Source: a virus. Taken from it: DNA of 64,000 nt. Location of the stretch: IMG/VR virus record IMGVR_UViG_3300046660_000367, positions 1 to 64,000 of that record, one strand, 5' to 3'. The notes below the pieces were generated by a model. The model did not search any database. It had not been told where the DNA came from and saw only the letters and a list, made by a program, of their open reading frames with translations. Positions 44,819 through 53,698 of this stretch are shown piece after piece (position 1 is the first letter of the stretch; each line of letters starts with the position of its first letter). The position numbers and the translations under genes are program-made.

Positions 44819-45503
44819 AGATGGTGGTGAGCGCTTCTTTGAGTTTGTCCATGCCGCCCATGACGAGCATGGGTTCCTGTCCGATCGACTTGAGCAGCTC
44901 GACGTGTTTGTGGCTGACGAATTTCGTCATGACCACGACCTTGTGGCAAGCGCGCAAGCCATGCAGTTTGGCAATGCAGTCGGCATCATATATCGTCAGC
45001 TTCAGTTCGTTGCCGAATTCGCGGACGATATGCTCATGGTGGATATTGAACAGGCCGATGACAGCGACATGCTTGCGGTACGCCGACGGCGTCTTGACGG
45101 CGGGGCGGTCCTCCGCATCCTTGCGCTGTTGCGTAACGCGGGCCGCTTCCAGTGCGTCACGGATTGCCGTTCTGTCCTTGGGCTTCGGTCCAGGCTTGGC
45201 ACGCACCGGCGCGGGCGGGGTCACCTCGGCGCTTGGCGCCGGCTGGGCCTCCAGCGGCAGGGCAGACTGCACCGGGGGCAGCACCCGCTGCGTTTCCTCC
45301 CATCCTGCGCGCCCGCCGATGCGCCAGTCCTCCCATGTCAGCAACAGCTCGGCTGGGTCAGGGGGCAGCACGCGCCCCGGTTCGGTGAGGAAGGTGGCGA
45401 TGCGCTGACCGACCACGCCCAGGTGGTCGGCGAACTGCGCGTCGGCCCGGTTGCGGAAGATGCGGCCATCGTCGGACAGATAGGCGGTGATTTCCTGTGT
45501 CAA
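44805..45503 (-). CDS. Protein with C-terminal DUF2325-like domain
   Basis: VAVIGL...KVVVMTKFVSH...GGMDKLKEAL; GGAGG RBS with TTG start. Confidence 0.7.
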   Translation of the reverse strand: MTQEITAYLSDDGRIFRNRADAQFADHLGVVGQRIATFLTEPGRVLPPDPAELLLTWEDWRIGGRAGWEETQRVLPPVQSALPLEAQPAPSAEVTPPAPVRAKPGPKPKDRTAIRDALEAARVTQQRKDAEDRPAVKTPSAYRKHVAVIGLFNIHHEHIVREFGNELKLTIYDADCIAKLHGLRACHKVVVMTKFVSHKHVELLKSIGQEPMLVMGGMDKLKEALTTIYVNS

Positions 45504-45515
45504 GGCCGCCTCCGC

Positions 45516-45749
45516 TTAGTAGTTCGGGTAGTACAGCAGCGTGCGCAGATCGGCGATCGACATGCCGGTGTAGTCGTGCAGCTTAATGAGCAGCGCTGCC
45601 GTGACGGGCAGGCGGTCATGGCGCACCTTGGACAGTGCCGGTGGCGACACCCCGACAGCACGCGCCAGGGCCGCGTCGTTCTTCAGGTTTTTGATTTCCA
45701 GCACGCTGTCCAGGAAATGGTTCGGGTTTTGCGGTGCTTTATTGGGCAT
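45516..45749 (-). CDS. Small HTH protein (NDAALA family)
   Basis: PNHFLD...LKNDAALARAVGVSPPALSKVRH.RLPV. Confidence 0.8.
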   Translation of the reverse strand: MPNKAPQNPNHFLDSVLEIKNLKNDAALARAVGVSPPALSKVRHDRLPVTAALLIKLHDYTGMSIADLRTLLYYPNY

Positions 45750-45772
45750 GGTGCATCCTTTATGGTGGGGAA

Positions 45773-46165
45773 TTAATCGAATTGCACGCCCAGCTCCTGG
45801 GCGGCGTAGGCTTCTACCTGCTGCATGAACTGGCTGAATTCTTCGACGTTCAAGTCGGTCGAGGACATCGCCCGCACGCCACCGCCGGGCAGGTCGATGA
45901 CGCCGACAAACCGGCGCTTAAATAGCTCGTGCCAGCTCTCCTTGTCGTACTGGCGCCCATCCACCCACGCCTGCTCGGTGATCGCGCCCAGCACGGCCGG
46001 CCCGAAATAGCGCCGGTTCTGGTCCAGCGAACGCTTGGACTTGTAGAAGCTGACCGTCACGGCCAGGAACTTGCCCTCGCGGGCGAACACCTGCCAGTTG
46101 GCCGTCAGGAAGGCGACCAGGCCGGCAAGGTGCTGCGCCTCGCGTAGGACAAAAAGGCGCTGCAT
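45773..46165 (-). CDS. ninB: NinB/Orf-family recombination accessory protein
   Basis: KRSLDQNRRY, E.WHELFK, SSTDLNVEEFSQFMQQVEAYAA..LGV.F. Confidence 0.85.
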   Translation of the reverse strand: MQRLFVLREAQHLAGLVAFLTANWQVFAREGKFLAVTVSFYKSKRSLDQNRRYFGPAVLGAITEQAWVDGRQYDKESWHELFKRRFVGVIDLPGGGVRAMSSTDLNVEEFSQFMQQVEAYAAQELGVQFD

Positions 46166-46503
46166 CAGTGGTGGTGCTTGTTCGGCGCTGGCGTTATGGC
46201 CACTGGAGCAGCAGGGGCGTCGGTCGCCAAGGCGATCACTTCGCGGATGCGCGCCGTGAAGATGTCCACGCCAGTAACGGGGTCAGCCGCGAATTCCACA
46301 AACAGCGTGCCCATGCAGTCGGCGATCTGCGTCAGCGCCAAGTTCAGGGCGTGCTGCTTTGCGGCGGTCGTGTCAAAGTCATTGGCCGCATCCAGTATGG
46401 AATCGACGAAGCAGGCGAAGCACGGCATTTGGACATCGGGGCCGTAGTGGGGCAGGTCCATTTCGTCGTCGGCGGCGTCGGTCAGGTCGGTGAAGTCGGT
46501 CAT
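46165..46503 (-). CDS. Hypothetical acidic protein
   Basis: Overlapping start/stop with neighbours. Confidence 0.6.
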   Translation of the reverse strand: MTDFTDLTDAADDEMDLPHYGPDVQMPCFACFVDSILDAANDFDTTAAKQHALNLALTQIADCMGTLFVEFAADPVTGVDIFTARIREVIALATDAPAAPVAITPAPNKHHH

Positions 46504-46994
46504 GGGCAGTCTTTCAATGGCAGTTGCAGCGTTGGTGTGGCCGAGCTGCGCAGCACGTCATCAACTTGCGTGCGCACTTCCTGTGATGGAAAGGATTTGA
46601 AGGTCTCGTACTCGCTGATCTGCGAGTTGTTGATGACGCCACCCGTCCGCTCGGCCAGCTCGGTCTGTTTCAGCTCCCTGCTCAAGCGCAGGAAGCGCGC
46701 TTCGGATGCCCAAAGCTCATCTGCGGTAAAGAAGGTGGACATGCCCTTGCTGGCAGCTGCGGCCGCCGCAGCCAGTGCCGCCTCCTTGGTGGCTGCGCGA
46801 AACGCGGTGCAGTAGCCAAACCAGAGGCTGGAAAAGGCGTCGCTAAAGTCACTCGCGCTGGCAATGCGACCGCCGATATCGCGCAGCAGGTCCATCAGGT
46901 CCTTGGCGAAAGCAGCGTGTGCCTCGTCTACCGTGTCGGTTTCCAGAAGGAATACGCCGAACCGCTTGTCGAGTAGGGTCTTGGTGTCGATCAT
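46500..46994 (-). CDS. Protein with C-terminal XRE HTH
   Basis: RLSRELKQTELAERTGGVINNSQISEYE...FPS. Confidence 0.7.
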   Translation of the reverse strand: MIDTKTLLDKRFGVFLLETDTVDEAHAAFAKDLMDLLRDIGGRIASASDFSDAFSSLWFGYCTAFRAATKEAALAAAAAAASKGMSTFFTADELWASEARFLRLSRELKQTELAERTGGVINNSQISEYETFKSFPSQEVRTQVDDVLRSSATPTLQLPLKDCP

Positions 46995-47542
46995 CAGAAT
47001 TCCCCCTGATTGACCATGGCCAGTGCCAGGCCGCGGCCGTGGCGCGCGCGCAGCTGGGCCTTGGAATGGCCAGCGGTGTCGTTGAGGATGGTCAGGTCCC
47101 GCAGGAATGGGATATCGTCCATCGGGAAGTCGGCGTTGCGGGCTGGCGCGCGTTCCGGCGGTGGTGCCTGGCGCTGCGGCGCTGGTGCGCTCTGGCCGCC
47201 ACCCTCGGGGCGCCCGCCCAGCATCTGCATGGACTCGGCCACGATGTCGGTGGCGTACTTTTCGACGCCGTCCTTGTCGGTGTACTTGCGCGTTTGCAGG
47301 CGCCCCTCGACGTAGACCGACGATCCCTTTTTCAGGTACTGGCCGACGATCTCGGCCAGCTTGCCGAAGAAGCTGATGCGGTGCCATTCGGTCGATTCCT
47401 TGACCTCGCCGGTATTCTTGTCCTTGTTCTTGTACGAGGTGGCGACGGCGATGTTGGCGATCGCATCGCCCGATGGCATGTAGCGCATTTCGGGATCGCG
47501 CCCGAGGTTACCGACAATGATGACTTTGTTGACAGATGCCAT
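46994..47542 (-). CDS. ssb: Single-stranded DNA-binding protein with an extension after the DDIPF tip
   Basis: [18 protein letters not shown]...TEWHR...[11 protein letters not shown]...DDIPF plus 36 aa. Confidence 0.97.
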   Translation of the reverse strand: MASVNKVIIVGNLGRDPEMRYMPSGDAIANIAVATSYKNKDKNTGEVKESTEWHRISFFGKLAEIVGQYLKKGSSVYVEGRLQTRKYTDKDGVEKYATDIVAESMQMLGGRPEGGGQSAPAPQRQAPPPERAPARNADFPMDDIPFLRDLTILNDTAGHSKAQLRARHGRGLALAMVNQGEF

Positions 47543-47557
47543 GGGATTCCTTGGTGG

Positions 47558-48289
47558 TTAGAGTGGGTGTTCCGCGTGGATGCGCTCGATGTAGGCGGCG
47601 ATGTACTGGCGTGCCGCGATCACCTTGCGCATGATTTTTTGTTCCAGCGCGCGGTCGCGCTGGTAGTGCACGACGGTTACCCGCAGGTGTTCGGGCAGCG
47701 CGTCAACTTCGTGCAGCTCGCGCTGCTCGTAGCGAATCAGTTCTTCAGGCGTGTCCACCAGGCAGTAGGCCACTTCCGCCGCCTCGGCGTCCCACAGCCA
47801 CATGTAGCCGCGCATCTGCCACTCGTAGTCGCGGTCCTCGCCTTCCTCGGCCGTCATCGGGAACGTAGCGCGCGACCAGCTGGACTTGGTATCGACGATC
47901 TTCTTGCCGGTCCAGATATCGCACTCACCGGTGATGTAGTCGTTCTGGCGTCGTTCGGTGTTCTTGACGTAATTGGTGAAGAAGCGCGAGTTGTAGAGGG
48001 CGATGGCGTCGTTCTCGACGATCACGCCCTTGTCCAGGTACTTGCTGGTGACGACCTCGTGGAAGTCGAGCATGAATTCGCGCGCCCACTTCTTCAGGTA
48101 GGTCTTGGCGCCGGCCGACAAGCTGTAGTCGAACAGCTCGGCCAGCTGCGCCTGTTCCTCGTCGCTCTTGACCTTCTTCTTGGCGATGACGGCCGTGTCC
48201 TCATCGAGCAGGGCCGGGTCGATCGCCTTCGGATCGGTCATCAACTGGCCCAGGCTGGAGCAGCGCATGCGGAATTCGGGAACGATCAC
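47558..48289 (-). CDS. YqaJ/lambda-exonuclease-like PD-(D/E)xK nuclease
   Basis: RCSSLG..MT, GECDI....VDTKSSW, YEWQMRGYMWL. Confidence 0.85.
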   Translation of the reverse strand: MIVPEFRMRCSSLGQLMTDPKAIDPALLDEDTAVIAKKKVKSDEEQAQLAELFDYSLSAGAKTYLKKWAREFMLDFHEVVTSKYLDKGVIVENDAIALYNSRFFTNYVKNTERRQNDYITGECDIWTGKKIVDTKSSWSRATFPMTAEEGEDRDYEWQMRGYMWLWDAEAAEVAYCLVDTPEELIRYEQRELHEVDALPEHLRVTVVHYQRDRALEQKIMRKVIAARQYIAAYIERIHAEHPL

Positions 48290-48792
48290 GCGGCCGGCTC
48301 CGCTTCGACGGCGGCCAGCTCGGCCTCCTGGGCCAGTGACAGGGCAAACTTGTCGCGCAGGGTGGCCGCCGCGAAGGTGCCTGCCTTGATGCCGGCCAGC
48401 GCCTTGCTGAAGCGGGCGGCAGCCAGCGGCTCCTTCTCCAGGGGCGGAATTTTCGCGCGGATGCGCAGGCACTCGACCATGTCGGAGCCGAGCTTGGTGG
48501 TGGAAGCGTACAGCGTCACGCGCTGGTTCGCCCAGTCCTCGATGTAGGGGCCGTACAGCTTTTCCAGCGTCTTCTGGTTGGTGACGTTCAGGATCATCGG
48601 CTTGTGCCCAGCCAGGTACATCAGGCTGTGGTCTTCCTTCTTCCCGCCCATCATCGTGACCGTTTCCTTCTGCACGTAGTTGATGGTGACGGTCATGTCG
48701 GCGCCGTTGGGCAGCGCGTAGGCGCCGATGAAGCGCGGATCGGTCAGCTGCTTCCAGTGGGTCTTGCTCAGTAGCGCGGCGACCTGGCTCAT
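48286..48792 (-). CDS. Putative OB-fold ssDNA-binding/annealing protein partnering the exonuclease
   Basis: THWK...KPMILNVTN...IEDW...CLRIR; lies between ssb/exonuclease and the start of the pL operon. Confidence 0.6.
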   Translation of the reverse strand: MSQVAALLSKTHWKQLTDPRFIGAYALPNGADMTVTINYVQKETVTMMGGKKEDHSLMYLAGHKPMILNVTNQKTLEKLYGPYIEDWANQRVTLYASTTKLGSDMVECLRIRAKIPPLEKEPLAAARFSKALAGIKAGTFAAATLRDKFALSLAQEAELAAVEAEPAA

Positions 48793-49211
48793 GCGCGGCC
48801 CTCCAGTTCGGTGTCGATCCAGGCATCGACAAAGGCGTCGGCGCGGTTTTCGCGCATCTGCTTGAGCAGGGCCAGCTCCATGGCGATCAGGCCGCGGTCG
48901 GTGAAGTAGGGGCGCAGGTCGCTGCCGGCCGCCAGCGTGACCAGCACGCCGCGCTCGGCGTCGGCGAAGTGCAGCGGCTGCGCTGACTTGATGCGCAGAA
49001 TATCCAGGCACTCCTGTTCGCCCGGCTCGTCGCTGGGGTCGCCATTGGGCAGGTACATCGCCGCCAGGCGCGGCGCGGTGTAGTCGTAATCGACCAGCAG
49101 CTGGGCCGGGGCGGTGAGAACCGGCAGCGCCGCCGGCTCGTTGCGTTCGCCGCGCAGGTCGGCGGCGCACACCCCGAGGGCGAGATAGGGGAAGGTGTAA
49201 GAGGTTTTCAA
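48789..49211 (-). CDS. Hypothetical protein, first gene of the leftward early operon
   Basis: AGGAG RBS with TTG start. Confidence 0.55.
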   Translation of the reverse strand: MKTSYTFPYLALGVCAADLRGERNEPAALPVLTAPAQLLVDYDYTAPRLAAMYLPNGDPSDEPGEQECLDILRIKSAQPLHFADAERGVLVTLAAGSDLRPYFTDRGLIAMELALLKQMRENRADAFVDAWIDTELEGRA

Positions 49212-49252
49212 CCGCACTCCTGTTTTCGTTGAGGCAACGGAAAACAGTGTAC

Positions 49253-49306
49253 GTAAGGTAAACTTACTTCTGCAAGACAATATTGCTAAATGCAAGTTTA
49301 GCTTGC
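49253..49306. promoter_or_regulatory. OL: three 15-bp operators (GCAAG-N5-CTTGC consensus)
   Basis: GTAAGgtaaaCTTAC 49253, GCAAGacaatATTGC 49272, GCAAGtttagCTTGC 49292. Confidence 0.85.
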
Positions 49307-49439
49307 GGTGTTGTGGCTAAAGTAACTGTTGCTTGCTTACCAATAATCGACGGCGATCAATCGTTCTCAATCGTTTTCACTGTTCTGGTGCTTGTCCGAT
49401 GGCGTCCGATGGCGTCCATCGGCACCTGGCGCGGGACGC

Positions 49440-49465
49440 AAAAAAGCCCCGCACGCGGCGGGGCT
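49440..49465 (-). terminator. Rho-independent terminator after the repressor gene
   Basis: AGCCCCGC-N5-GCGGGGCT with an A6 run on + (U-tract on -). Confidence 0.85.
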
Positions 49466-49487
49466 GGTTGGCGGGGATGGGGCCAGG

Positions 49488-50132
49488 TCAGGCGAAGGTA
49501 CTCTGCGCCACGATCACCCGGCCGAGGACCGGCGGCAGCTGGTCCGGCTGGTAGGTTTCGGGCGCTGTCGCCGGCTGGTCGGTGCGCAACTCGATGCTGC
49601 CGTCGGCGCGCATGAACACGCGCCGCACCAGCAGGCCGTGGGCCGTTTGGAACACGTAGATTTTTGACGACACCAGCGTCTTGTCGGCGGCATGGACGAG
49701 CAGCTGGTTTCCCAAGGACATGCTGCTGTCATTGGAGATAACGACCACGCAGTCGCTTGCGCGAGCGCCCAGGTCGGTCAGCAAATCCTTGCGATACGCA
49801 TACGTATCCTTGCCGTCAAGGTGATCGACGACCTCATCATGGTAGTTCACGGTGGGACCCTTTTTGAACGCCTCTGCATACCGGGGTATGAAGGCATATT
49901 TATCGTTGGGGTCCACGTTAGCACTAATTCCAAGGGTCAAGTATTCGACCGTCGTTTTTAATGCGTCGGCGACTTTTTTTGTGAGGTGGCGGCGTGGCGC
50001 TGTGCCTTTTTGGTCTTCCGGCAGCTCCCACAGCAGCACCGTTTGACGCGAGACACCGACCGTGTCGGCCAACTCCTGGGGCGACAGCTTGAGTTCCAAG
50101 CGGCGCTCTTTAATTCTCGAATGTATGTCCAT
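49488..50132 (-). CDS. CI-like repressor (XRE HTH plus S24-like domain)
   Basis: RIKERRLELKLSPQELADTVGVSRQTVLLWE; C-terminal DSSM...VRRV...VLGRVI; flanked by operator triplets. Confidence 0.9.
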   Translation of the reverse strand: MDIHSRIKERRLELKLSPQELADTVGVSRQTVLLWELPEDQKGTAPRRHLTKKVADALKTTVEYLTLGISANVDPNDKYAFIPRYAEAFKKGPTVNYHDEVVDHLDGKDTYAYRKDLLTDLGARASDCVVVISNDSSMSLGNQLLVHAADKTLVSSKIYVFQTAHGLLVRRVFMRADGSIELRTDQPATAPETYQPDQLPPVLGRVIVAQSTFA

Positions 50133-50148
50133 GAGACAGCATGGTACT

Positions 50149-50202
50149 ACAAGTCTGTCTTGCGGTTTGAAATAATATCTTGCAAGTGCAATGTTATCTT
50201 GT
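50149..50202. promoter_or_regulatory. OR: three 15-bp operators between the repressor and cro
   Basis: ACAAGtctgtCTTGC 50149, GAAATaatatCTTGC 50169, GCAATgttatCTTGT 50188. Confidence 0.85.
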
Positions 50203-50216
50203 CAAAATCAGTCCCT

Positions 50217-50804
50217 ATGATAAAGATATCCAAGCGCATCCAAGACATCATCCGCTCCCGCGAGTGGGTCGCACTGGACACCGTCGCCAAGCACGCTGGG
50301 TCGAAATCGGCCCTCGGCGACCTGTTTGGTGTGAGCTACCAGGCGGTGCAGAGTTGGTACAGGAACCGCGTGCCGTTGCAGCACTGCCCGATCATGGAGA
50401 CCATGACACGCGGCGCAGTGCAGTGCGAACAGCTGCGCGCCGATTACAGCAAGCTGTACGAGCGGCCATACCGCAAGGCGCACAACATTTACCGCGCCGG
50501 CGATCCGCCACGCATCTACATCGCCGGCCCGATGACAGGCTACCCGGAGCTGAACCATCCCGCCTTCCACGCCGAGGCGGCCCGCCTGCGCGCCGCCGGC
50601 CTGAACGTGGTCTGCCCAGCCGAGGTCACGCTGGACGGCAATCCCACCTGGTTCGACTACATGCGCGCCGATCTGCGTCTGATGATGCAGTGCAGCACCA
50701 TCTGCCTGCTGCCAGGCTGGCGCCGCTCGAAAGGCGCACGCATTGAATACTTCATCGCCAAGTGCCTCGGCTTCGAGGTGATGGTCGCCGGGGAATTGGC
50801 ATGA
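50217..50804 (+). CDS. Cro/YdaS-like HTH fused to a DUF4406 (nucleoside deoxyribosyltransferase-like) domain
   Basis: AGSKSALGDLFGVSYQAVQSW..RVP..C...E..T.G.V....LR.D then IYIAGPMTG...LPGW..SKGA..E; start uncertain. Confidence 0.8.
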   Translation: MIKISKRIQDIIRSREWVALDTVAKHAGSKSALGDLFGVSYQAVQSWYRNRVPLQHCPIMETMTRGAVQCEQLRADYSKLYERPYRKAHNIYRAGDPPRIYIAGPMTGYPELNHPAFHAEAARLRAAGLNVVCPAEVTLDGNPTWFDYMRADLRLMMQCSTICLLPGWRRSKGARIEYFIAKCLGFEVMVAGELA

Positions 50805-51232
50805 AGCGCAGCGGCCCGCTCAAGCGCAGCACCCCGATGCAGCGTAGCCCGATGGCCCCGCCGAAAACGGGTGCGCCGGCCAAAGGCGCCAAGCCGAAGC
50901 GGGCCAAGAAACTGACCTCACACGAGCGCCCGGTCAGCGCCGCCGAGAAGGCGCTGTGGGACCGTATGGCCAGCGAGATCGGCTGCATCGCCTGCCGCGT
51001 GGCCGGCCGCGCCACCAGCGAGTACGTGTCGATCCACCACATTGACGGGCGCACCCGTCCTGGTTGCCACCTGCTGGTGCTGCCGCTGTGTGCTGGTTGC
51101 CACCAGCAGGGCACCGGCAACGACAAGAGCCTGGTCGCGGTGCACCCGAACAAAGCCCGCTTTGAAAAGCTGTACGGCAGTCAGCTCGAACTGCTCGACA
51201 TGATCCACGCTATCCTCGGAATGCAGCCATGA
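50801..51232 (+). CDS. Ref/DUF968-like HNH nuclease
   Basis: GCIACR...IHHIDG...LPLCAGCHQ. Confidence 0.85.
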   Translation: MKRSGPLKRSTPMQRSPMAPPKTGAPAKGAKPKRAKKLTSHERPVSAAEKALWDRMASEIGCIACRVAGRATSEYVSIHHIDGRTRPGCHLLVLPLCAGCHQQGTGNDKSLVAVHPNKARFEKLYGSQLELLDMIHAILGMQP

Positions 51233-52197
51233 CCGACAACGATTTGCTCGACCCGAACGTCCCACTGCACTGCCTGCGCCTCGATGGCGGCACGCAGTCG
51301 CGCGCTGCCATGGATGACGCCGCGATCGCCGAATACAGCGAGGCGATCCGCCAGGGCGCCACGCTGCCGCCGCTGATCGTGTACTACGACAGTGTCGATT
51401 TCTGGCTGGCCGACGGTTTCCACCGCTACCACGCCTACCGCGCCGCCGGCGTGGAACAGGTGATGACCGATGTGCGCACCGGCTCCAAGCGCGACGCAGT
51501 GCTGTTTTCGGTCGGCGCCAACGCCGCGCACGGCCTGCGCCGCACCAACGAGGACAAGCGCCGCGCGGTTGAAACGTTGCTGGCCGATGCCGAGTGGGCG
51601 GCGTGGACTGACGTTGCCATCGCCAAGGCATGCGGTGTTTCGTCGAACTTTGTGGGTGATGTACGCCGTCACATTAATCCGATTAATGTGACGACATCAG
51701 CCGAGCGCACTTACACCACCAAGCACGGCACCACGGCCACGATGAAAACGGCCAACATCGGCAAGGCCAAGCCGGCAGAGCCGCCCGCTACCGAAGCATC
51801 GGACCCCGCCACGGATGCGCCGCCCGATCCGGTCCTGGCCAAGGCTCGTCCTGTAGAAATCCCAGGGCGCTTGGCCGCCGCCGAACCGGACGGCCCGGCC
51901 CCTGCCGAACTGGACGCGCTGCGCGCCGAAAACGCTGCCCTGCTCGCGGAGCTGGACGACCTGAAGGCCGATCTCGCCGAAACGCTGGCCGACAACGAAA
52001 TGATGGGGCGCGTGTTCGACGCCGACGACAAGGTCAAGGCCTCGATGGATGAAGCGCGCCGCCAGAAGGCGCTGGCCGACAACGCCGAGCGCACGTTGGC
52101 AGCTCGCTCGCAGGAGTTCAACGAGCGCGCGCGCAATGTTGTGTACTGGAAGAAGCGCGCCGAGAAAGCCGAGCGCGAGCTGGAAAAGGCGGCCTGA
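51229..52197 (+). CDS. ParB/Srx N-terminal domain protein with HTH and coiled coil
   Basis: TQSRA...LPPLIVY...WLADGFHR; WTDVAIAKACGVS. Confidence 0.8.
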   Translation: MTDNDLLDPNVPLHCLRLDGGTQSRAAMDDAAIAEYSEAIRQGATLPPLIVYYDSVDFWLADGFHRYHAYRAAGVEQVMTDVRTGSKRDAVLFSVGANAAHGLRRTNEDKRRAVETLLADAEWAAWTDVAIAKACGVSSNFVGDVRRHINPINVTTSAERTYTTKHGTTATMKTANIGKAKPAEPPATEASDPATDAPPDPVLAKARPVEIPGRLAAAEPDGPAPAELDALRAENAALLAELDDLKADLAETLADNEMMGRVFDADDKVKASMDEARRQKALADNAERTLAARSQEFNERARNVVYWKKRAEKAERELEKAA

Positions 52198-52198
52198 C

Positions 52199-53698
52199 AT
52201 GCAGCCCGCCGCCTACGTCAACCACAAATTCCCTGAGCCACGCCCGTTCCAGCAGTCGGCGCGGGCACTACTGCGCGAGGCGTTCGCCGCCGGCCACCGC
52301 TGCCAGATGGTGATGAGTCCGACCGGCTCGGGCAAGACCATCTTGGCGATGTTCCTGATTAACGAGTCGCTGGCGCGCGGCAAGCGGGTGATCTTTGTGG
52401 CCGACCGCCGCACCCTGATTAACCAGACTTCCGAGGTGGCCGATTCGCTGGGCCTGTCGCATGGCGTGCTGATGGCCGACAGCCTGCGCTTCGACCCGGA
52501 TGCGCCGTTCCAGATCGCCAGCGCGCAGACCCTGGCCATGCGCGACTGGCCGGATGCCGACCTTATCATCATCGACGAGGCGCATACCCAGCTCAAGGTG
52601 TGGACCGAGCATATCCAGACCTGCCGCGCCGCCGTCATCGGTCTGTCGGCGACGCCGTTCTCGGCTGGCCTGGGCAAGCTGTTCTCGAACCTGATCAACG
52701 CCACCACTATGGCCGAATTGACCGCGTCCGGCGTGCTGGTGCCGATGCGCGTGCTGTCGTGCACCAAGGTCAATATGAAGGGCGCGGCCACGGCCGGCGG
52801 CGAGTGGACGGTCGAGGCGGCCGGCGCGCGCGGCATGCAGATCATCGGCGACGTGGTGCAGGAATGGCTGCGCCACGCCGACGGGCGCAAGACCATCGTG
52901 TTCGGCGCTACCATCGCCCACTGCGAGGCGCTGTGCGCGGAGTTCACCGCTGCTGGCGTGCTGGCGGCCTGCTTCACCGCCGAGACCACCGACAGCACAC
53001 GCGCCGACCTGCTGGCCAGCTTCCGTGGCCCTGACGCGCTGCTGCGCGTGCTGATCTCCGTCGAGGCACTGGCCAAGGGCTTCGACGTGCCGGACGTGGC
53101 CTGCGTGTGCGACGTGCGCCCGCTGCGCAAATCGCTGTCCACCGCGATCCAAATGTGGGGCCGCGGCCTGCGCGCCTCGCCCGACACCGGCAAGACCGAA
53201 CTGCTGCTGCTTGACTTCTCGGGCAACATCGTGCGCTTTGCCGAGGACTTCGAGGCGCTGTTTCATGACGGGCTGGGATCGCTCGACAGCGGCGAAAAAC
53301 TCGACAAGGCGGTGCGCAAGGACCGCGACGATGACCACGAGCCAACCGGCTGCCCGAAGTGCCACTACAAGCCGTTCGGCAAGTGCTGCATGTCCTGCGG
53401 CTTCGAGATCATCAAGCAGAACCTGATCGAACACGAAGCCGGCAAGATGGTCGAGTTCACTGTCGGCAAGAACAAGGTTGGCGACAAGGCCAGCGTGTGG
53501 GCGCAGTGCGTGACCCTGATGCGCACCACCGGCGCCCCGGCCACCGCGCCGCAACGCGCCGCCTACCTCTACAAGAGCATCACCGGCGCCTTCCCGCGCA
53601 GCCTGCCCGACTTCCACGCCGTCGCTGCCGTCAGCGTCACGCGCGGCGTGATGAACAAGCACAAGGCCAACAAGATCGCCTACCGGAGGGCGGTATGA
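52199..53698 (+). CDS. SF2 DEAD/DEAH helicase with Zn ribbon
   Basis: SPTGSGKT, IIDEAH, LSATP, GFDVPD, QMWGRGLR, CPKC..CMSC. Confidence 0.95.
   Translation: MQPAAYVNHKFPEPRPFQQSARALLREAFAAGHRCQMVMSPTGSGKTILAMFLINESLARGKRVIFVADRRTLINQTSEVADSLGLSHGVLMADSLRFDPDAPFQIASAQTLAMRDWPDADLIIIDEAHTQLKVWTEHIQTCRAAVIGLSATPFSAGLGKLFSNLINATTMAELTASGVLVPMRVLSCTKVNMKGAATAGGEWTVEAAGARGMQIIGDVVQEWLRHADGRKTIVFGATIAHCEALCAEFTAAGVLAACFTAETTDSTRADLLASFRGPDALLRVLISVEALAKGFDVPDVACVCDVRPLRKSLSTAIQMWGRGLRASPDTGKTELLLLDFSGNIVRFAEDFEALFHDGLGSLDSGEKLDKAVRKDRDDDHEPTGCPKCHYKPFGKCCMSCGFEIIKQNLIEHEAGKMVEFTVGKNKVGDKASVWAQCVTLMRTTGAPATAPQRAAYLYKSITGAFPRSLPDFHAVAAVSVTRGVMNKHKANKIAYRRAV

Noticed and set aside
46919-48547. 542-aa plus-strand ORF (also 25852-26946 and 44676-45776)
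   Set aside because: Antisense to clearly recognisable minus-strand genes (ssb, exonuclease, YkgJ, HAD)
49393-49422. Short tandem GTCCGATGGC repeat in the OL-repressor interval
   Set aside because: Only about 2.5 copies; no supportable function
51229-52197. ParB-domain gene as the partner of ParA
   Set aside because: It lies in the lytic replication operon ~7 kb away; ParA is type Ib with its own coupled RHH gene
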